A DNA stretch of 64,000 nucleotides from an uncultured Bacilli bacterium (GTDB lineage Bacteria; Bacillota_I; Bacilli_A; RF39; UBA660), in contig CAKOLW010000001.1 of the NCBI GenBank assembly GCA_934096405.1, positions 7,046 to 71,045 of the forward strand, read 5' to 3'. Shown here piece after piece: positions 19,107 through 28,906 of the stretch; positions within the stretch are counted from its first letter, which is position 1, and each line of letters opens with the position of its first letter. Position numbers and translations under genes: made by a program. Under the pieces are notes generated by a model. That model did not search any database. It was not told where the DNA came from and worked only from the letters and a program-made list of their open reading frames with translations.

Positions 19107-19529
19107 ATGTTAATAAATTATTCAGAAAAAGAATTAGATTTATGTGCAAGACTTATGCGAGCAGAAGCACTAGCTGAAGGTGAACTAGGAATGCTTATGG
19201 TTGGAAATGTCATTGTTAATCGCGCTATAGCGGATTGTTTAGATTTTAAAGATGTAAGAACAATATATGATGTTATATATCAAAAAAATCAATTTTCTGG
19301 AACTAAAAGTAACTTGTTTTTTTCAAAGTCAACAACTAGAGAAAAAGATTTAGCAAAACGAGTACTTAAAGGTGAATACTATCATCCAGCAACTAATGCA
19401 CTATGGTTTTACGCTCCCAAAACTGGTGAGTCTTGTAAAAACACTTGGTACAATCAATCATATGAAGGAAGATACAAAAATCACTGTTTTTATGAACCAC
19501 AAGAAGGTATATGTAAAGAAATACATTAA
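19107..19529 (+). CDS. cell wall hydrolase, SleB/CwlJ family (spore cortex-lytic type)
   Basis: ARLMRAEALAEGELGMLMVGNVIVNRA...NQFSG is the Hydrolase_2 signature. 140 aa, like CwlJ. Confidence 0.8.
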   Translation: MLINYSEKELDLCARLMRAEALAEGELGMLMVGNVIVNRAIADCLDFKDVRTIYDVIYQKNQFSGTKSNLFFSKSTTREKDLAKRVLKGEYYHPATNALWFYAPKTGESCKNTWYNQSYEGRYKNHCFYEPQEGICKEIH

Positions 19530-19623
19530 AACAAGCTTTTAAACAAACTATTTACATAGAATAATGACATTTATAGATTAAATTGATATAATTAATATAG
19601 AAATAAGATATGCAGGTGATTAA

Positions 19624-21366
19624 ATGAATCAAACTAAGAAAAATATAAAAGATATTATTAATGATTACGAAAATTTATATCAAAAAAAATTAAGCTTAGA
19701 CAAATTAAATGATTTATTAAATAATGTTAAAGAACAAATGCGTACATTAGACTTAGAGATATCCACATTAAAAGATAAAATAACCCAATTACAAAACAAA
19801 TTTAATGAATTAAATAAATTATCAAAAAAAGTATTTCATCCGATTAAAACTAACAAAGATTTAAAAGAACTGCTAGAAAAATTAGATAATTTAAATATTA
19901 AATTAAAAGAAAAATTAGAAAATCATGAACTATTAAAAAATAAACAAACAGAACTTACCGAAAAAATAGATGATTTAAAAAGCAAAGTAGATTTATTACC
20001 CGAATGTATTAGTGAAAACGAAAATGGACTAATAATTATAAATAATCAAGAAATAAAAAATATAAAAAATATAAAATTTGATGAGAATCCAGATGAGATA
20101 ATGGTACATGTTACTAATTTTTACCCTAACAATAAAACAATTTTATCTGATTATGACGGAAATAAATTTGGTCATCAAAACAAATCTTATAAAGGAGTTA
20201 CAAAAGAATGTGAATCTTTAATACATAGACATACAGTTCATGTCACAATTAATAATGTTGTTCAATCAACAGGAGATGGACTAGGCTCGTGGGAACAACC
20301 AAAATATGTTGTAATAGATCCACTTTATTTGCATAATGATGAACTTAAAAGTAAAAATCCTAGTGACTCATGGACATATGGTTCCATAAAACTAAGTGAA
20401 CAAGCAATACTATTAGTAAACAAAAACTATATTAATAATCTACCAAAAGAAGCATTCAATGATTACAAAGTAATAGTTTATTCTGGTAATTATGAAGAAT
20501 GTGTTCAAAACTTATGTCTATCTTTAACCGGAAGACTTTATAATACTGACCCTAATTACGCTGGACATTACCATTCTGACGAATATGCAAGCGAAGAAAC
20601 CTTAAATAATAGAAACCTCCTTATAAACTACATTAGAGATAATGATTACAAAGGAAAAGAAAAAATAAATCTGAGTGAACAAGAAATTAAAGAATTATAT
20701 GAATTAATGCTTGAAAATAAAGCACAAAGAAACATAGAAGGATTAGGAGGTATATATTCAAATAAAGATAATTATAATGTAGATGAAAATATATTGTATT
20801 TTTATTATATGTTTGGATTTTCAAAAAATCCAGATGGAACATTCTCTATAAAAAATGATGATGAAGTATATAATTTATTATGTAATCCTGAAAATATAAA
20901 CCTAGATGAATTAAACCAAATTAATCAAATTTTAACAACTAATTTAAAAGAAAACAATATTAATTCTAGTGATGATATTGAAAAAGAACTTCCACAATAT
21001 ACAATTGCCGATCTATATAAATTTAAAAACCACAAATATGCAGAAGCCTTTTTTAAAAAAGAAAAAGAAATATTTGATCCAATTAATAGTTGTATAGGTA
21101 ATTTTACACTAACCAAAGATAAAAATCTTTCTTTTGAATTATATCTAGATCAAAACATAAATCCATTAGATATCGTTGGAAATAATTTTGCAATTCATGA
21201 AAAAGAATTTGGATTTGAAGGAGATACACATAAACTATATGAAATTAAATCAAATAGAAATATGAGTGTAGAAGAAATGTTGACATTACTTAATCAAATA
21301 AAACTAAAATGTATAGAACAACAAACAAGTTTAGAAATTAATGATGACATTAATCGTTCTATGTAA
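19624..21366 (+). CDS. hypothetical protein, N-terminal coiled coil + large C-terminal domain
   Basis: ORF of 580 aa. Residues about 1-130 form heptad-rich coiled coil (LDKLNDLLNNVKEQMRTLDLEISTLKDKITQLQNKFNELNKL). Remainder has no recognisable motif. Confidence 0.5.
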   Translation: MNQTKKNIKDIINDYENLYQKKLSLDKLNDLLNNVKEQMRTLDLEISTLKDKITQLQNKFNELNKLSKKVFHPIKTNKDLKELLEKLDNLNIKLKEKLENHELLKNKQTELTEKIDDLKSKVDLLPECISENENGLIIINNQEIKNIKNIKFDENPDEIMVHVTNFYPNNKTILSDYDGNKFGHQNKSYKGVTKECESLIHRHTVHVTINNVVQSTGDGLGSWEQPKYVVIDPLYLHNDELKSKNPSDSWTYGSIKLSEQAILLVNKNYINNLPKEAFNDYKVIVYSGNYEECVQNLCLSLTGRLYNTDPNYAGHYHSDEYASEETLNNRNLLINYIRDNDYKGKEKINLSEQEIKELYELMLENKAQRNIEGLGGIYSNKDNYNVDENILYFYYMFGFSKNPDGTFSIKNDDEVYNLLCNPENINLDELNQINQILTTNLKENNINSSDDIEKELPQYTIADLYKFKNHKYAEAFFKKEKEIFDPINSCIGNFTLTKDKNLSFELYLDQNINPLDIVGNNFAIHEKEFGFEGDTHKLYEIKSNRNMSVEEMLTLLNQIKLKCIEQQTSLEINDDINRSM

Positions 21367-21377
21367 ATACAAAAAAC

Positions 21378-21400
21378 AAAAAGGGCCATAAACCCTTTTT
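21378..21400. terminator. bidirectional rho-independent terminator
   Basis: AAAAAGGG-CCATAAA-CCCTTTTT between convergent genes. Confidence 0.6.
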
Positions 21401-21453
21401 ATACTAATTTTCAAAATTAACTACAAACTAAAGACTCCTTATAATTAATTTTT

Positions 21454-22005
21454 TTATCCCTTACTAAATTCACATTCCTTTTCATGTGAATTAATAATTC
21501 CAATAGCCTGTAAATAAGAATAAATTATAGTTGTTCCTACAAACTTCATACCTCGTTTAATTAAATCATTTGATATTTTATCAGATAAAATAGAACTAAC
21601 CTTATCATTTTCATAAATAATATCTTTTCCACTAAAATTAAGTAAATAGTTTTTAAAACTACCAAATTCATTCTGAATATTTTTAAATATTTTAGCATTG
21701 TTAATACTTGCTTTTATTTTAAGTTTATTTCTTATAATGTCTTTGTTATTTATTAGTTCTTCTTGTTTCTTTTCATCAAATTTAATTACCTTGTCTATAT
21801 CAAAATTATCATAAGCTATCTTAAAACTTTCTCTTTTATTTAATACACATTCCCACGATAAACCAGCTTGAAAAGATTCTAATATAAGCATTTCAAAAAG
21901 ATACCTATCATCTAAATTAAGCACTCCCCACTCTTCATCATGGTATCTAATATATTTTTCATTTTTTAAATTACACCATTTACATCTATTCATATATACT
22001 AACAT
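21454..22005 (-). CDS. tag: DNA-3-methyladenine glycosylase I
   Basis: CKWCNLKNEKYIRYHDEEWGV...FEMLILESFQAGLSWECVLNKRESF aligns with E. coli Tag, including zinc-binding Cys/His positions. Confidence 0.9.
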   Translation of the reverse strand: MLVYMNRCKWCNLKNEKYIRYHDEEWGVLNLDDRYLFEMLILESFQAGLSWECVLNKRESFKIAYDNFDIDKVIKFDEKKQEELINNKDIIRNKLKIKASINNAKIFKNIQNEFGSFKNYLLNFSGKDIIYENDKVSSILSDKISNDLIKRGMKFVGTTIIYSYLQAIGIINSHEKECEFSKG

Positions 22006-22291
22006 CTATTCCTTCTAATTCTAATAACTTTATTTTATTTTTAATACCTCCACCATAACCAGTTATCTTGTTATTTGAACCCACTACCCTATGACAATGA
22101 ATAATAATACATATTGGATTTCAATTTACCGCACCACCCACAGCCTGAGCAGACACTTTCTTAATACATTTAAACTTTTCAATATCATTATATGTAACAA
22201 CTTTTCCATAAGGTATAGCATTCATAGAATTAATAACTAATTTTATAAATTTCTTTTTGCCTTCAATTCTATACTTAGGTATATAATTTTT
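21986..22291 (-). pseudogene. ogt: methylated-DNA-protein-cysteine methyltransferase (Ogt/MGMT) C-terminal domain remnant with in-frame TGA
   Basis: Reverse frame reads ...FIKLVINSMNAIPYGKVVTYNDIEKFKCIKKVSAQAVGGAVN-TGA-NPICIIIHCHRVVGSNNKITGYGGGIKNKIKLLELEGI. The MGMT motifs IPYG, AVG, NPI and PCHRV are present. TGA lies at 22121-22123. No N-terminal domain and no ATG before the IPYG box. The 3' end overlaps the tag start. Confidence 0.55.
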
Positions 22292-22524
22292 TTAAATCTT
22301 TTCTTTATTTAAAGATAACCTCCTAATATAACTATATCACAAAATACATGATTTATATCGATAAATATTGATATTTTACGAAAAGAACATTAAAAATGTT
22401 ATACGTTATTTAATCATTATTAAATATTTTCTAAAGAATAATTAAATACATTTTAAAAACTCAATTATTTTCATTTAAATTAACTTTTTTCCTATTAAAT
22501 CATACAATAAACTAGGTGATTTAA

Positions 22525-23928
22525 ATGGCATTAAAAGGTGTTGTTATTGATGCTGGACACGGAGGTTCAGATCCAGGTGCTAATGGAAATGGTATAATTG
22601 AGAAAGATCTTACGCTTTTAATAAGTAAATACATGTATGATAGATTAAGAGAATTAGGTATTCCTGTTACAATGACAAGAACTACAGATGAAACAATAGA
22701 TAGTACTGATAGAACAAATAGAATTAAAAATGCTTATGGTACAGACAAAGATGTAATCGTTATTAGTAATCACATAAATGCAGGTGGTGGCGATGGTGCT
22801 GAAGTAATTTATGCACTTAGAAATAACTCAAAGTTTTCTAATACAATATTAGAAGAATTAGAAAGTGAAGGCCAAAACATAAGAAAGAACTATCAACAAA
22901 GACTTCCAAGTAATCCAGTAAAAGATTATTATTTTATTCACAGGAACACACCAGATACAGAAGCAGTGATTGTTGAATATGGCTTTTTAGATTCAAAAGG
23001 TGATGATGTCAATCAATTAAAAAATAATTATAAAGATTATGCAGAAGCAGTTGTAAGAGCAATAACTAAATATAAAAATCTACCCTATACTGCGCCTGTT
23101 GAAGGTTCATATTATACAGTACAAAAAGGTGATTCGTTATGGAAAATTGCTAACAAATTTGGTATAACAGTTGAAGAATTAAAAAATATAAATAATTTAA
23201 AATCAAACACAATTACAGTAGGACAAAACTTAAAAGTTAAACTTGATGAAGAAAAACCAGTAGAAGACTATTTAATCTATACAGTTAAATCTGGTGATTC
23301 ACTTTGGAAAATTGCTAATAAGTATAATACTACTGTAGATACATTAATGAGTATTAACAACTTAAAAGGAACAACATTAACAATTAATCAGCAATTACTA
23401 ATACCTAAAACAGAAAACATAGAAATAGATGTAAAAGAAGAACCAAAAGGAATAGAATATACTGTAAAATCAGGCGATTCTCTTTCAAAAATAGCAAGTA
23501 GTTATGGAATCACAGTAGATAGAATAAAAAGCGCAAATAATCTTACAGGTAACACTATATATGTAGGACAAAAATTATTAATACCTGTATCTGATACAAA
23601 AATTGAAGAAAAAGAACCAACAACTTCAGCTGGAATTAATTATGTAGTGGTAAAAGGTGATAATTTATATACAATTGCTAATAAATATGGTGTTAGTGTA
23701 AATGATATAAAAAGTTTAAATAACTTATCTTCAAATACACTACAAATAGGACAAGTATTGAAAATACCTGGTACTGAATCTTATACAACATATAAAGTTA
23801 AAAAAGGTGATTCACTTTGGAAGATTGCAAACACATACGGAGTTACAGTTAATGAATTAAAAAATATTAATAATCTATCTGGTTCAACACTATCAATTGG
23901 ACAAGAAATATTAATACCCACTAAATAG
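22525..23928 (+). CDS. N-acetylmuramoyl-L-alanine amidase (Amidase_3) with five C-terminal LysM repeats
   Basis: VIDAGHGGSDPGA Amidase_3 motif. Five repeats of the type YTV(K/Q)xGDSLWKIANKYG(V/I)TV(D/N)ELKNINNL. Confidence 0.9.
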   Translation: MALKGVVIDAGHGGSDPGANGNGIIEKDLTLLISKYMYDRLRELGIPVTMTRTTDETIDSTDRTNRIKNAYGTDKDVIVISNHINAGGGDGAEVIYALRNNSKFSNTILEELESEGQNIRKNYQQRLPSNPVKDYYFIHRNTPDTEAVIVEYGFLDSKGDDVNQLKNNYKDYAEAVVRAITKYKNLPYTAPVEGSYYTVQKGDSLWKIANKFGITVEELKNINNLKSNTITVGQNLKVKLDEEKPVEDYLIYTVKSGDSLWKIANKYNTTVDTLMSINNLKGTTLTINQQLLIPKTENIEIDVKEEPKGIEYTVKSGDSLSKIASSYGITVDRIKSANNLTGNTIYVGQKLLIPVSDTKIEEKEPTTSAGINYVVVKGDNLYTIANKYGVSVNDIKSLNNLSSNTLQIGQVLKIPGTESYTTYKVKKGDSLWKIANTYGVTVNELKNINNLSGSTLSIGQEILIPTK

Positions 23929-23934
23929 GCATAT

Positions 23935-23967
23935 AACAAGTTATATTAGTTTATAACTTGTTTTTAT
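23935..23967 (+). terminator. rho-independent terminator of amidase gene
   Basis: 11-bp stem AACAAGTTATA / TATAACTTGTT with loop TTAGTT, followed by TTTTT. Confidence 0.65.
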
Positions 23968-24187
23968 ATTTAATTATTTATCATAAATATTTTAATTTTT
24001 ACTAATTTATTATGATTACTTTTATAAATAAATTACAAAAAAAACAACTATTCAAACATTCTATCACTTTACTTTGATAAATCAATTACTAAACACTACT
24101 TTTTTATTGAAACTTAATTTATTTCATTTGCATTTAATTAAAATCTGAATAAACATTGGTATAATATTGAGATAAGAGGTGATATTT

Positions 24188-24277
24188 ATGCAAGAATTAA
24201 GTAAAACAGAATTACTTAATCTCAATGGTGGCTCATATATAAATGCTTGTACATATTATGGATTAATGAAAGTCTAA
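24188..24277 (+). CDS. double-glycine leader peptide (bacteriocin/pheromone-like precursor), 29 aa
   Basis: MQELSKTELLNLNGG/SYINACTYYGLMKV. The leader fits the GG-leader consensus (L-S-x-x-E-L-x-x-I/L-x-G-G). AAGAGGTGA RBS 7 nt upstream. Extended -10 TGgTATAAT upstream. Hairpin plus T-run downstream (24319-24345). Confidence 0.5.
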   Translation: MQELSKTELLNLNGGSYINACTYYGLMKV

Positions 24278-24399
24278 GATGGATTACTAAATTCGTAAGT
24301 TCTAGATTCTAAAAAAAACAGAAAAATTAATTCTTCTGCTTTTTGTTAATGTAAGAATATATCAGACAATATTTATTGTTAACAATATGTACCAATAAA

Positions 24400-24676
24400 T
24401 TATAAATCAAGATTTGTAAGCGTTGGTTTATTAAATGAGTAATTCCATACTAAACTTATTCCTAATAAAATAATAAAACCATTAATATTATAGAAATGTG
24501 CTAAGGCAAAAGCTATGGATGTCAATATTAAAAAAATTAAAATACTCAAATTCTTACTTAATTTTTTATATAATCCAAATAGCAAACCCAATTAAAGTAA
24601 CTATTAGAATAAAAAATAATCTAGAAAAATAAAAATTATTTATAACTTCGCCTAACATCATATTAACAATTTTCAT
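24400..24676 (-). pseudogene. CPBP/Abi-family intramembrane protease (bacteriocin-immunity type) remnant, frameshifted
   Basis: N-terminal fragment MKIVNMMLGEVINNFYFSRLFFILIVTLIGFAIWII-stop in one frame. A second frame (TTG start) reads GLLFGLYKKLSKNLSILIFLILTSIAFALAHFYNINGFIILLGISLVW with a FxxxH motif. Total is about 100 aa against about 220 aa for intact CPBP proteins. Confidence 0.45.
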
Positions 24677-24866
24677 AATTAATATATCAAAGGTTTCACA
24701 ACGAATTCAAGATTTAATCAAAAAAGGGTTGACAAAACACCCCTTTTAGTTTAGTATATAGACTTACCAATTCACTTATAGGCGAATTGGTGCTAGTATC
24801 ACACTAGCCAACCCCTTTTTATTCTTTTTTCCGGATTGCTCTCAGGGGGGCAATCCTTTTATTATG

Positions 24867-27800
24867 TTATTTTTTAGATATGTTTACATAGTATTCATAT
24901 CTTTTTTTTGCATTTCTCATATGTTCTTCATATAACTTATTATAATCATTTTTATTTATCTCTTGTAAATTCTTATATCTCATTTCTTTTTCAAAAACAG
25001 TTTCATATAAACTAAAGTTAGGTTCTTTAGAATCAATTGTTAACTTATCTTCATCAGGATTATATCTCATCAAAATATTATATCCACTTTCTACCAACAA
25101 TTTTTGTTCATCAATACTATTTTTTAACCCACCTCTTATACCATGTGCAATACAAGGACTATAAGCAATAATAACACTAGGCCCATTATGTTCATTTGCT
25201 TTTTTAAATGCCTTAATAGTTTGCATATCATTGGCCCCAGCACTAATACTCGCCACATAACAATTAGGTATATCCATAGCTACCTTAAATAAATCTTTCT
25301 TAGGTTTCAATTTACCATAACTAGAAAACTCAGCTATTGCTCCAATTCTAGTTGATTTAGATGTCTGACCACCAGTATTAGAATAAACTTCAGTATCTAA
25401 AACCAAAACTTTAACATTATCACCACTTCTAAGAACATGATCAAGTCCACCATAACCAATATCATAAGCCCATCCATCTCCACCTACTATCCAAACCTTT
25501 CTAGAAGGTATATAATCTAACAAACTTCTAAGCTCACTTGGTATACTAGATTTACTTAATTTTTCCTTTACTTCATTAGTAATATTTACATCTTCACTAT
25601 TATCAATCCATAACTTATAAGTATCTTTTACCTCTTTACTAACTTCATCCTTAGTTTCTATCATAATCTCTTTTATTCTATTTCTAGCATTCTTATACCC
25701 AGTATAAATTCCATATCCAAACTCAGCATTATCTTCAAAAAGAGAACTTATCCATGGTGTTTTATAAGGCGTACAAGGTAAACTTGCTCCATAAATAGAA
25801 CTACATCCAGTAGCGTTACTAATAACTATTTCTCCCTTAAATAAACTTGTTAAAGTCTTTAAATAAACAGTCTCACCACAACCAGCACAAGCACCTGGAA
25901 ACTCTAAATCAGGCTTAATAAATCCAAGTCCTTTAACACTATACTTAGAAAAATGTTCATCACTACAAACATTATCTTTAAAATAGTCACAAATCATATC
26001 TTCATCTTTAATAGGACTACCCATTACTAAAGCCTTCTCTCCATTCTTTCCAGGACAAACCTTAGAACACAATGTACATCCAGTACAATTATCACTATTA
26101 ATACTTATGTAAAATCCTTTATTCTCTTCTCCCATACTTTTAATGGTTTCTTCCTTCTTAATAGGACTTCTATTTACATCCTCTTCTGTCAAAGAAACTG
26201 GTTTAATAACTGAATGTGGACAAATGAATGCACACTTATTACATTGAATACAATTTTCTTTACACCAATTAGGTACTAAATTAGATATCTTTCTCTTATC
26301 AGAAGCACTACTTCCACCTTCAAAAGTACCATCTTCATGATTAATAAAATCACTAACTTTAAGCATATTACCTCTTCTAATAATCATCTTGTCAATCATA
26401 GTGTAATCTTTATCTTCTTCACTTTCAAAAGTTAACACTTTCTTATCAAATTCTCTTAAATAATCAATACTCTCATCTATAGCATTTATATTATTTAAAA
26501 CAACATCACTACCCTTATCACTATAAGTCTTTCTTACCATTTCTTTAAACTTAACTAAATCTTCTCCACTAAGTCCAAGCATTTTTAATATATAGAAAGA
26601 GATAACATTATTAATTTTACCATTTAAATTATATTTCTCAGATAAACTATCAGCATCACTTATAAAAACTTTAATATTATTATTTTTAATAGTTTCTTTC
26701 ATCTTTAATGTCATACACTTATTAAGTTCTATATCATTCATACTACTATTAATAAGTAGAATACCATTGTTTTTAATACCTTCTAATAAATCATATTTAC
26801 TCAAATAAGAATCTTTAGAAACTACAACTAAATTAGGACATGTCAAATAATAAGGAGCATTTATTTTATTTTTACTAATTCTTAAATGACTAATTGTAAC
26901 TCCACCACTTTTTTTAGAATCATATTCAAAATACCCCTGTACATAATTTTCAGGTTTACTTCCAATTACTTTAATTATATTCTTACTAGCACTTACCATT
27001 CCATCTGAACCAAAACCAAACACTTTGATTTCTCTATAATCATTTTTGAGAGTATATTCTTTAACAGTTAAACTAGTATTAGTAACATCATCTATAATGC
27101 CTAATGTAAAATGATCTTTCATTTTCATTTTTTCCATATTATCAAATACTGCTTTAATATCCTCTGGTCCAACATTTTTACTAGATAGTCCATATCTTCC
27201 ACCTACTATATCAATGCTTTCTCCTTTTAAAGACATAACAACATCTAAATAAAGTGGTTCAGCTAAACTACCTGCTTCTTTAGTTCTATCAAGTACTGTA
27301 ATTTTTTCAACGCTTTTAGGTAAAACATTTAAGAAATATTTAGAACTCCAAGGCCTATAAAGTCTAACAACAATAACCCCTGTACTATAACCATTATTAT
27401 TTAAATCATCCACTACACTTCTAATAGTATCTGTAACACTTCCCATAGCTACAATAACATGTTTAGCATTCCTATCTCCATAATAGTTAAATGGTTTATA
27501 GTCTTCACCACTAATTTCATTTATATCTTCCATATATTTATTTACTATATCAGGTAACTCTTCATAATATTTATTTCTAACTTCTGTATTTTGAAAATAA
27601 ACATCTTCAGTTTCACTACATCCTCTTGTAATACTTTTACCTATATTTAAACTATTATTTCTAAATCTATATACACTTTCCATATCTATTAATGGTTTTA
27701 TATCATCAGTTTCTAAAGTATATATTTTATTTAATTCATGACTTGTTCTAAAACCATCAAAAAAGTGTAAAAAAGGTACTCTTCCCTTAATACTGGATAA

Positions 27801-28268
27801 ATGACTAACTAATGCTAAATTATATGCATCTTGAACAGAAGCACTACTTAAAATAGCGAAACCTGTACTTCTAGTACTATATATATCTTGATGATCTCCA
27901 AATATAGATAATGCATGTGTAGATAAACTTCTAGCTGCCACATGAATAACACCAGGTAAAAGTTCTCCAGCCATCTTATACATACTAGGTATCATTAATA
28001 ATAATCCTTGACTAGCAGTAAATGTAGTTGCAAGTCTACCACTTTGTAAAGCCCCATGCATCATTGCACTAGCACCTGCTTCACTTTGCATTTCAATAAC
28101 ACTTACTTTTTCATTAAATATATTTTTTCTCCCCATACTTGCCCATTTATCACACATAGTCGCCATAGCGCTAGAAGGGGTTATTGGATAAATCCCACTT
28201 ACTTCTGTAAAATTATAAGCAGCAGTCAAACATGCTTCATTTCCATCCATTACACTTGTTATTTTCAT
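24867..28268 (-). CDS. nifJ: pyruvate:ferredoxin (flavodoxin) oxidoreductase, monomeric
   Basis: 1133 aa. Two 4Fe-4S motifs (CIQCNKCAFICPH, CTGCTLCSKVCPG). TPP-binding GDGWAYDIGYGG. Domain order matches PFOR. Confidence 0.95.
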   Translation of the reverse strand: MKITSVMDGNEACLTAAYNFTEVSGIYPITPSSAMATMCDKWASMGRKNIFNEKVSVIEMQSEAGASAMMHGALQSGRLATTFTASQGLLLMIPSMYKMAGELLPGVIHVAARSLSTHALSIFGDHQDIYSTRSTGFAILSSASVQDAYNLALVSHLSSIKGRVPFLHFFDGFRTSHELNKIYTLETDDIKPLIDMESVYRFRNNSLNIGKSITRGCSETEDVYFQNTEVRNKYYEELPDIVNKYMEDINEISGEDYKPFNYYGDRNAKHVIVAMGSVTDTIRSVVDDLNNNGYSTGVIVVRLYRPWSSKYFLNVLPKSVEKITVLDRTKEAGSLAEPLYLDVVMSLKGESIDIVGGRYGLSSKNVGPEDIKAVFDNMEKMKMKDHFTLGIIDDVTNTSLTVKEYTLKNDYREIKVFGFGSDGMVSASKNIIKVIGSKPENYVQGYFEYDSKKSGGVTISHLRISKNKINAPYYLTCPNLVVVSKDSYLSKYDLLEGIKNNGILLINSSMNDIELNKCMTLKMKETIKNNNIKVFISDADSLSEKYNLNGKINNVISFYILKMLGLSGEDLVKFKEMVRKTYSDKGSDVVLNNINAIDESIDYLREFDKKVLTFESEEDKDYTMIDKMIIRRGNMLKVSDFINHEDGTFEGGSSASDKRKISNLVPNWCKENCIQCNKCAFICPHSVIKPVSLTEEDVNRSPIKKEETIKSMGEENKGFYISINSDNCTGCTLCSKVCPGKNGEKALVMGSPIKDEDMICDYFKDNVCSDEHFSKYSVKGLGFIKPDLEFPGACAGCGETVYLKTLTSLFKGEIVISNATGCSSIYGASLPCTPYKTPWISSLFEDNAEFGYGIYTGYKNARNRIKEIMIETKDEVSKEVKDTYKLWIDNSEDVNITNEVKEKLSKSSIPSELRSLLDYIPSRKVWIVGGDGWAYDIGYGGLDHVLRSGDNVKVLVLDTEVYSNTGGQTSKSTRIGAIAEFSSYGKLKPKKDLFKVAMDIPNCYVASISAGANDMQTIKAFKKANEHNGPSVIIAYSPCIAHGIRGGLKNSIDEQKLLVESGYNILMRYNPDEDKLTIDSKEPNFSLYETVFEKEMRYKNLQEINKNDYNKLYEEHMRNAKKRYEYYVNISKK

Positions 28269-28398
28269 CTTATCACCTATCCTAAAATAATTTTACCAAA
28301 TTTTTAATAAAAAGTCTTTATAAGGTATTAAAATAATATAAATTTATAATTAACGTTAATGCATTGCATATTTTTCATACGAATAACTTTAACTTAAT

Positions 28399-28420
28399 AA
28401 AAAAAGACTCTAAGGTCTTA
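28399..28420 (-). terminator. rho-independent terminator at end of glycopolymer operon
   Basis: AAGAC-TCTAAG-GTCTT with a T-run on the minus strand. Confidence 0.55.
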
Positions 28421-28906
28421 ATTATTATCAATAAAATTCTCTATAAGTTTTACCATATTATTAGTATTACTCTTATACTTTTTATTTTTAAATTTCTTAG
28501 AATCTTCTATAGCCTTTTTTAAATCCTTTGGATCATAACAAGGAATAATAAATCCCATTTTAGCAAATTGTTTAATAATTTGTAATTGATGATCATTAAC
28601 AGCTTCCTTATACTTTGCTAGTCTTGGACAAGCAATTACAACTTTACCATTATTTATTCCATCAGTTATAGTACCTACTCCACCATGCGCTATTATAAGA
28701 CTTGCCTCACTTACTATCTTTTTAAATTCATCCATTGGAAGTAAATTAACCATTTTCATATTTTTAGACTTAAACTTAGTTTTACCACATTGCACTATTA
28801 CTTCTTCTTTAATAGTACCATCAAATATGCACTTATCAACAGCCTTCAAAAGCCTATCAAAAGGTGCATCTTGTGTACCTACTGTTACAAATATCAATAT
28901 ATCCAC
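28418..28906 (-). CDS. Alg13-like glycosyltransferase subunit (PssE/Cps14G family, GT28 C-terminal domain)
   Basis: ILIFVTVGTQDAPFDRLL...HGGVGTI...ACPRL...NDHQ matches Cps14G/Alg13. Confidence 0.7.
   Translation of the reverse strand: MDILIFVTVGTQDAPFDRLLKAVDKCIFDGTIKEEVIVQCGKTKFKSKNMKMVNLLPMDEFKKIVSEASLIIAHGGVGTITDGINNGKVVIACPRLAKYKEAVNDHQLQIIKQFAKMGFIIPCYDPKDLKKAIEDSKKFKNKKYKSNTNNMVKLIENFIDNN

Noticed and set aside
22121-22123. Possibility that TGA is read as Trp (translation table 4)
   Set aside because: PFOR (1133 aa), LysRS, HtrA, ribosomal proteins and the long operon genes are all intact and full length under the standard code. The TGA in the ogt fragment falls at a non-Trp position. 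A nonsense mutation is simpler.
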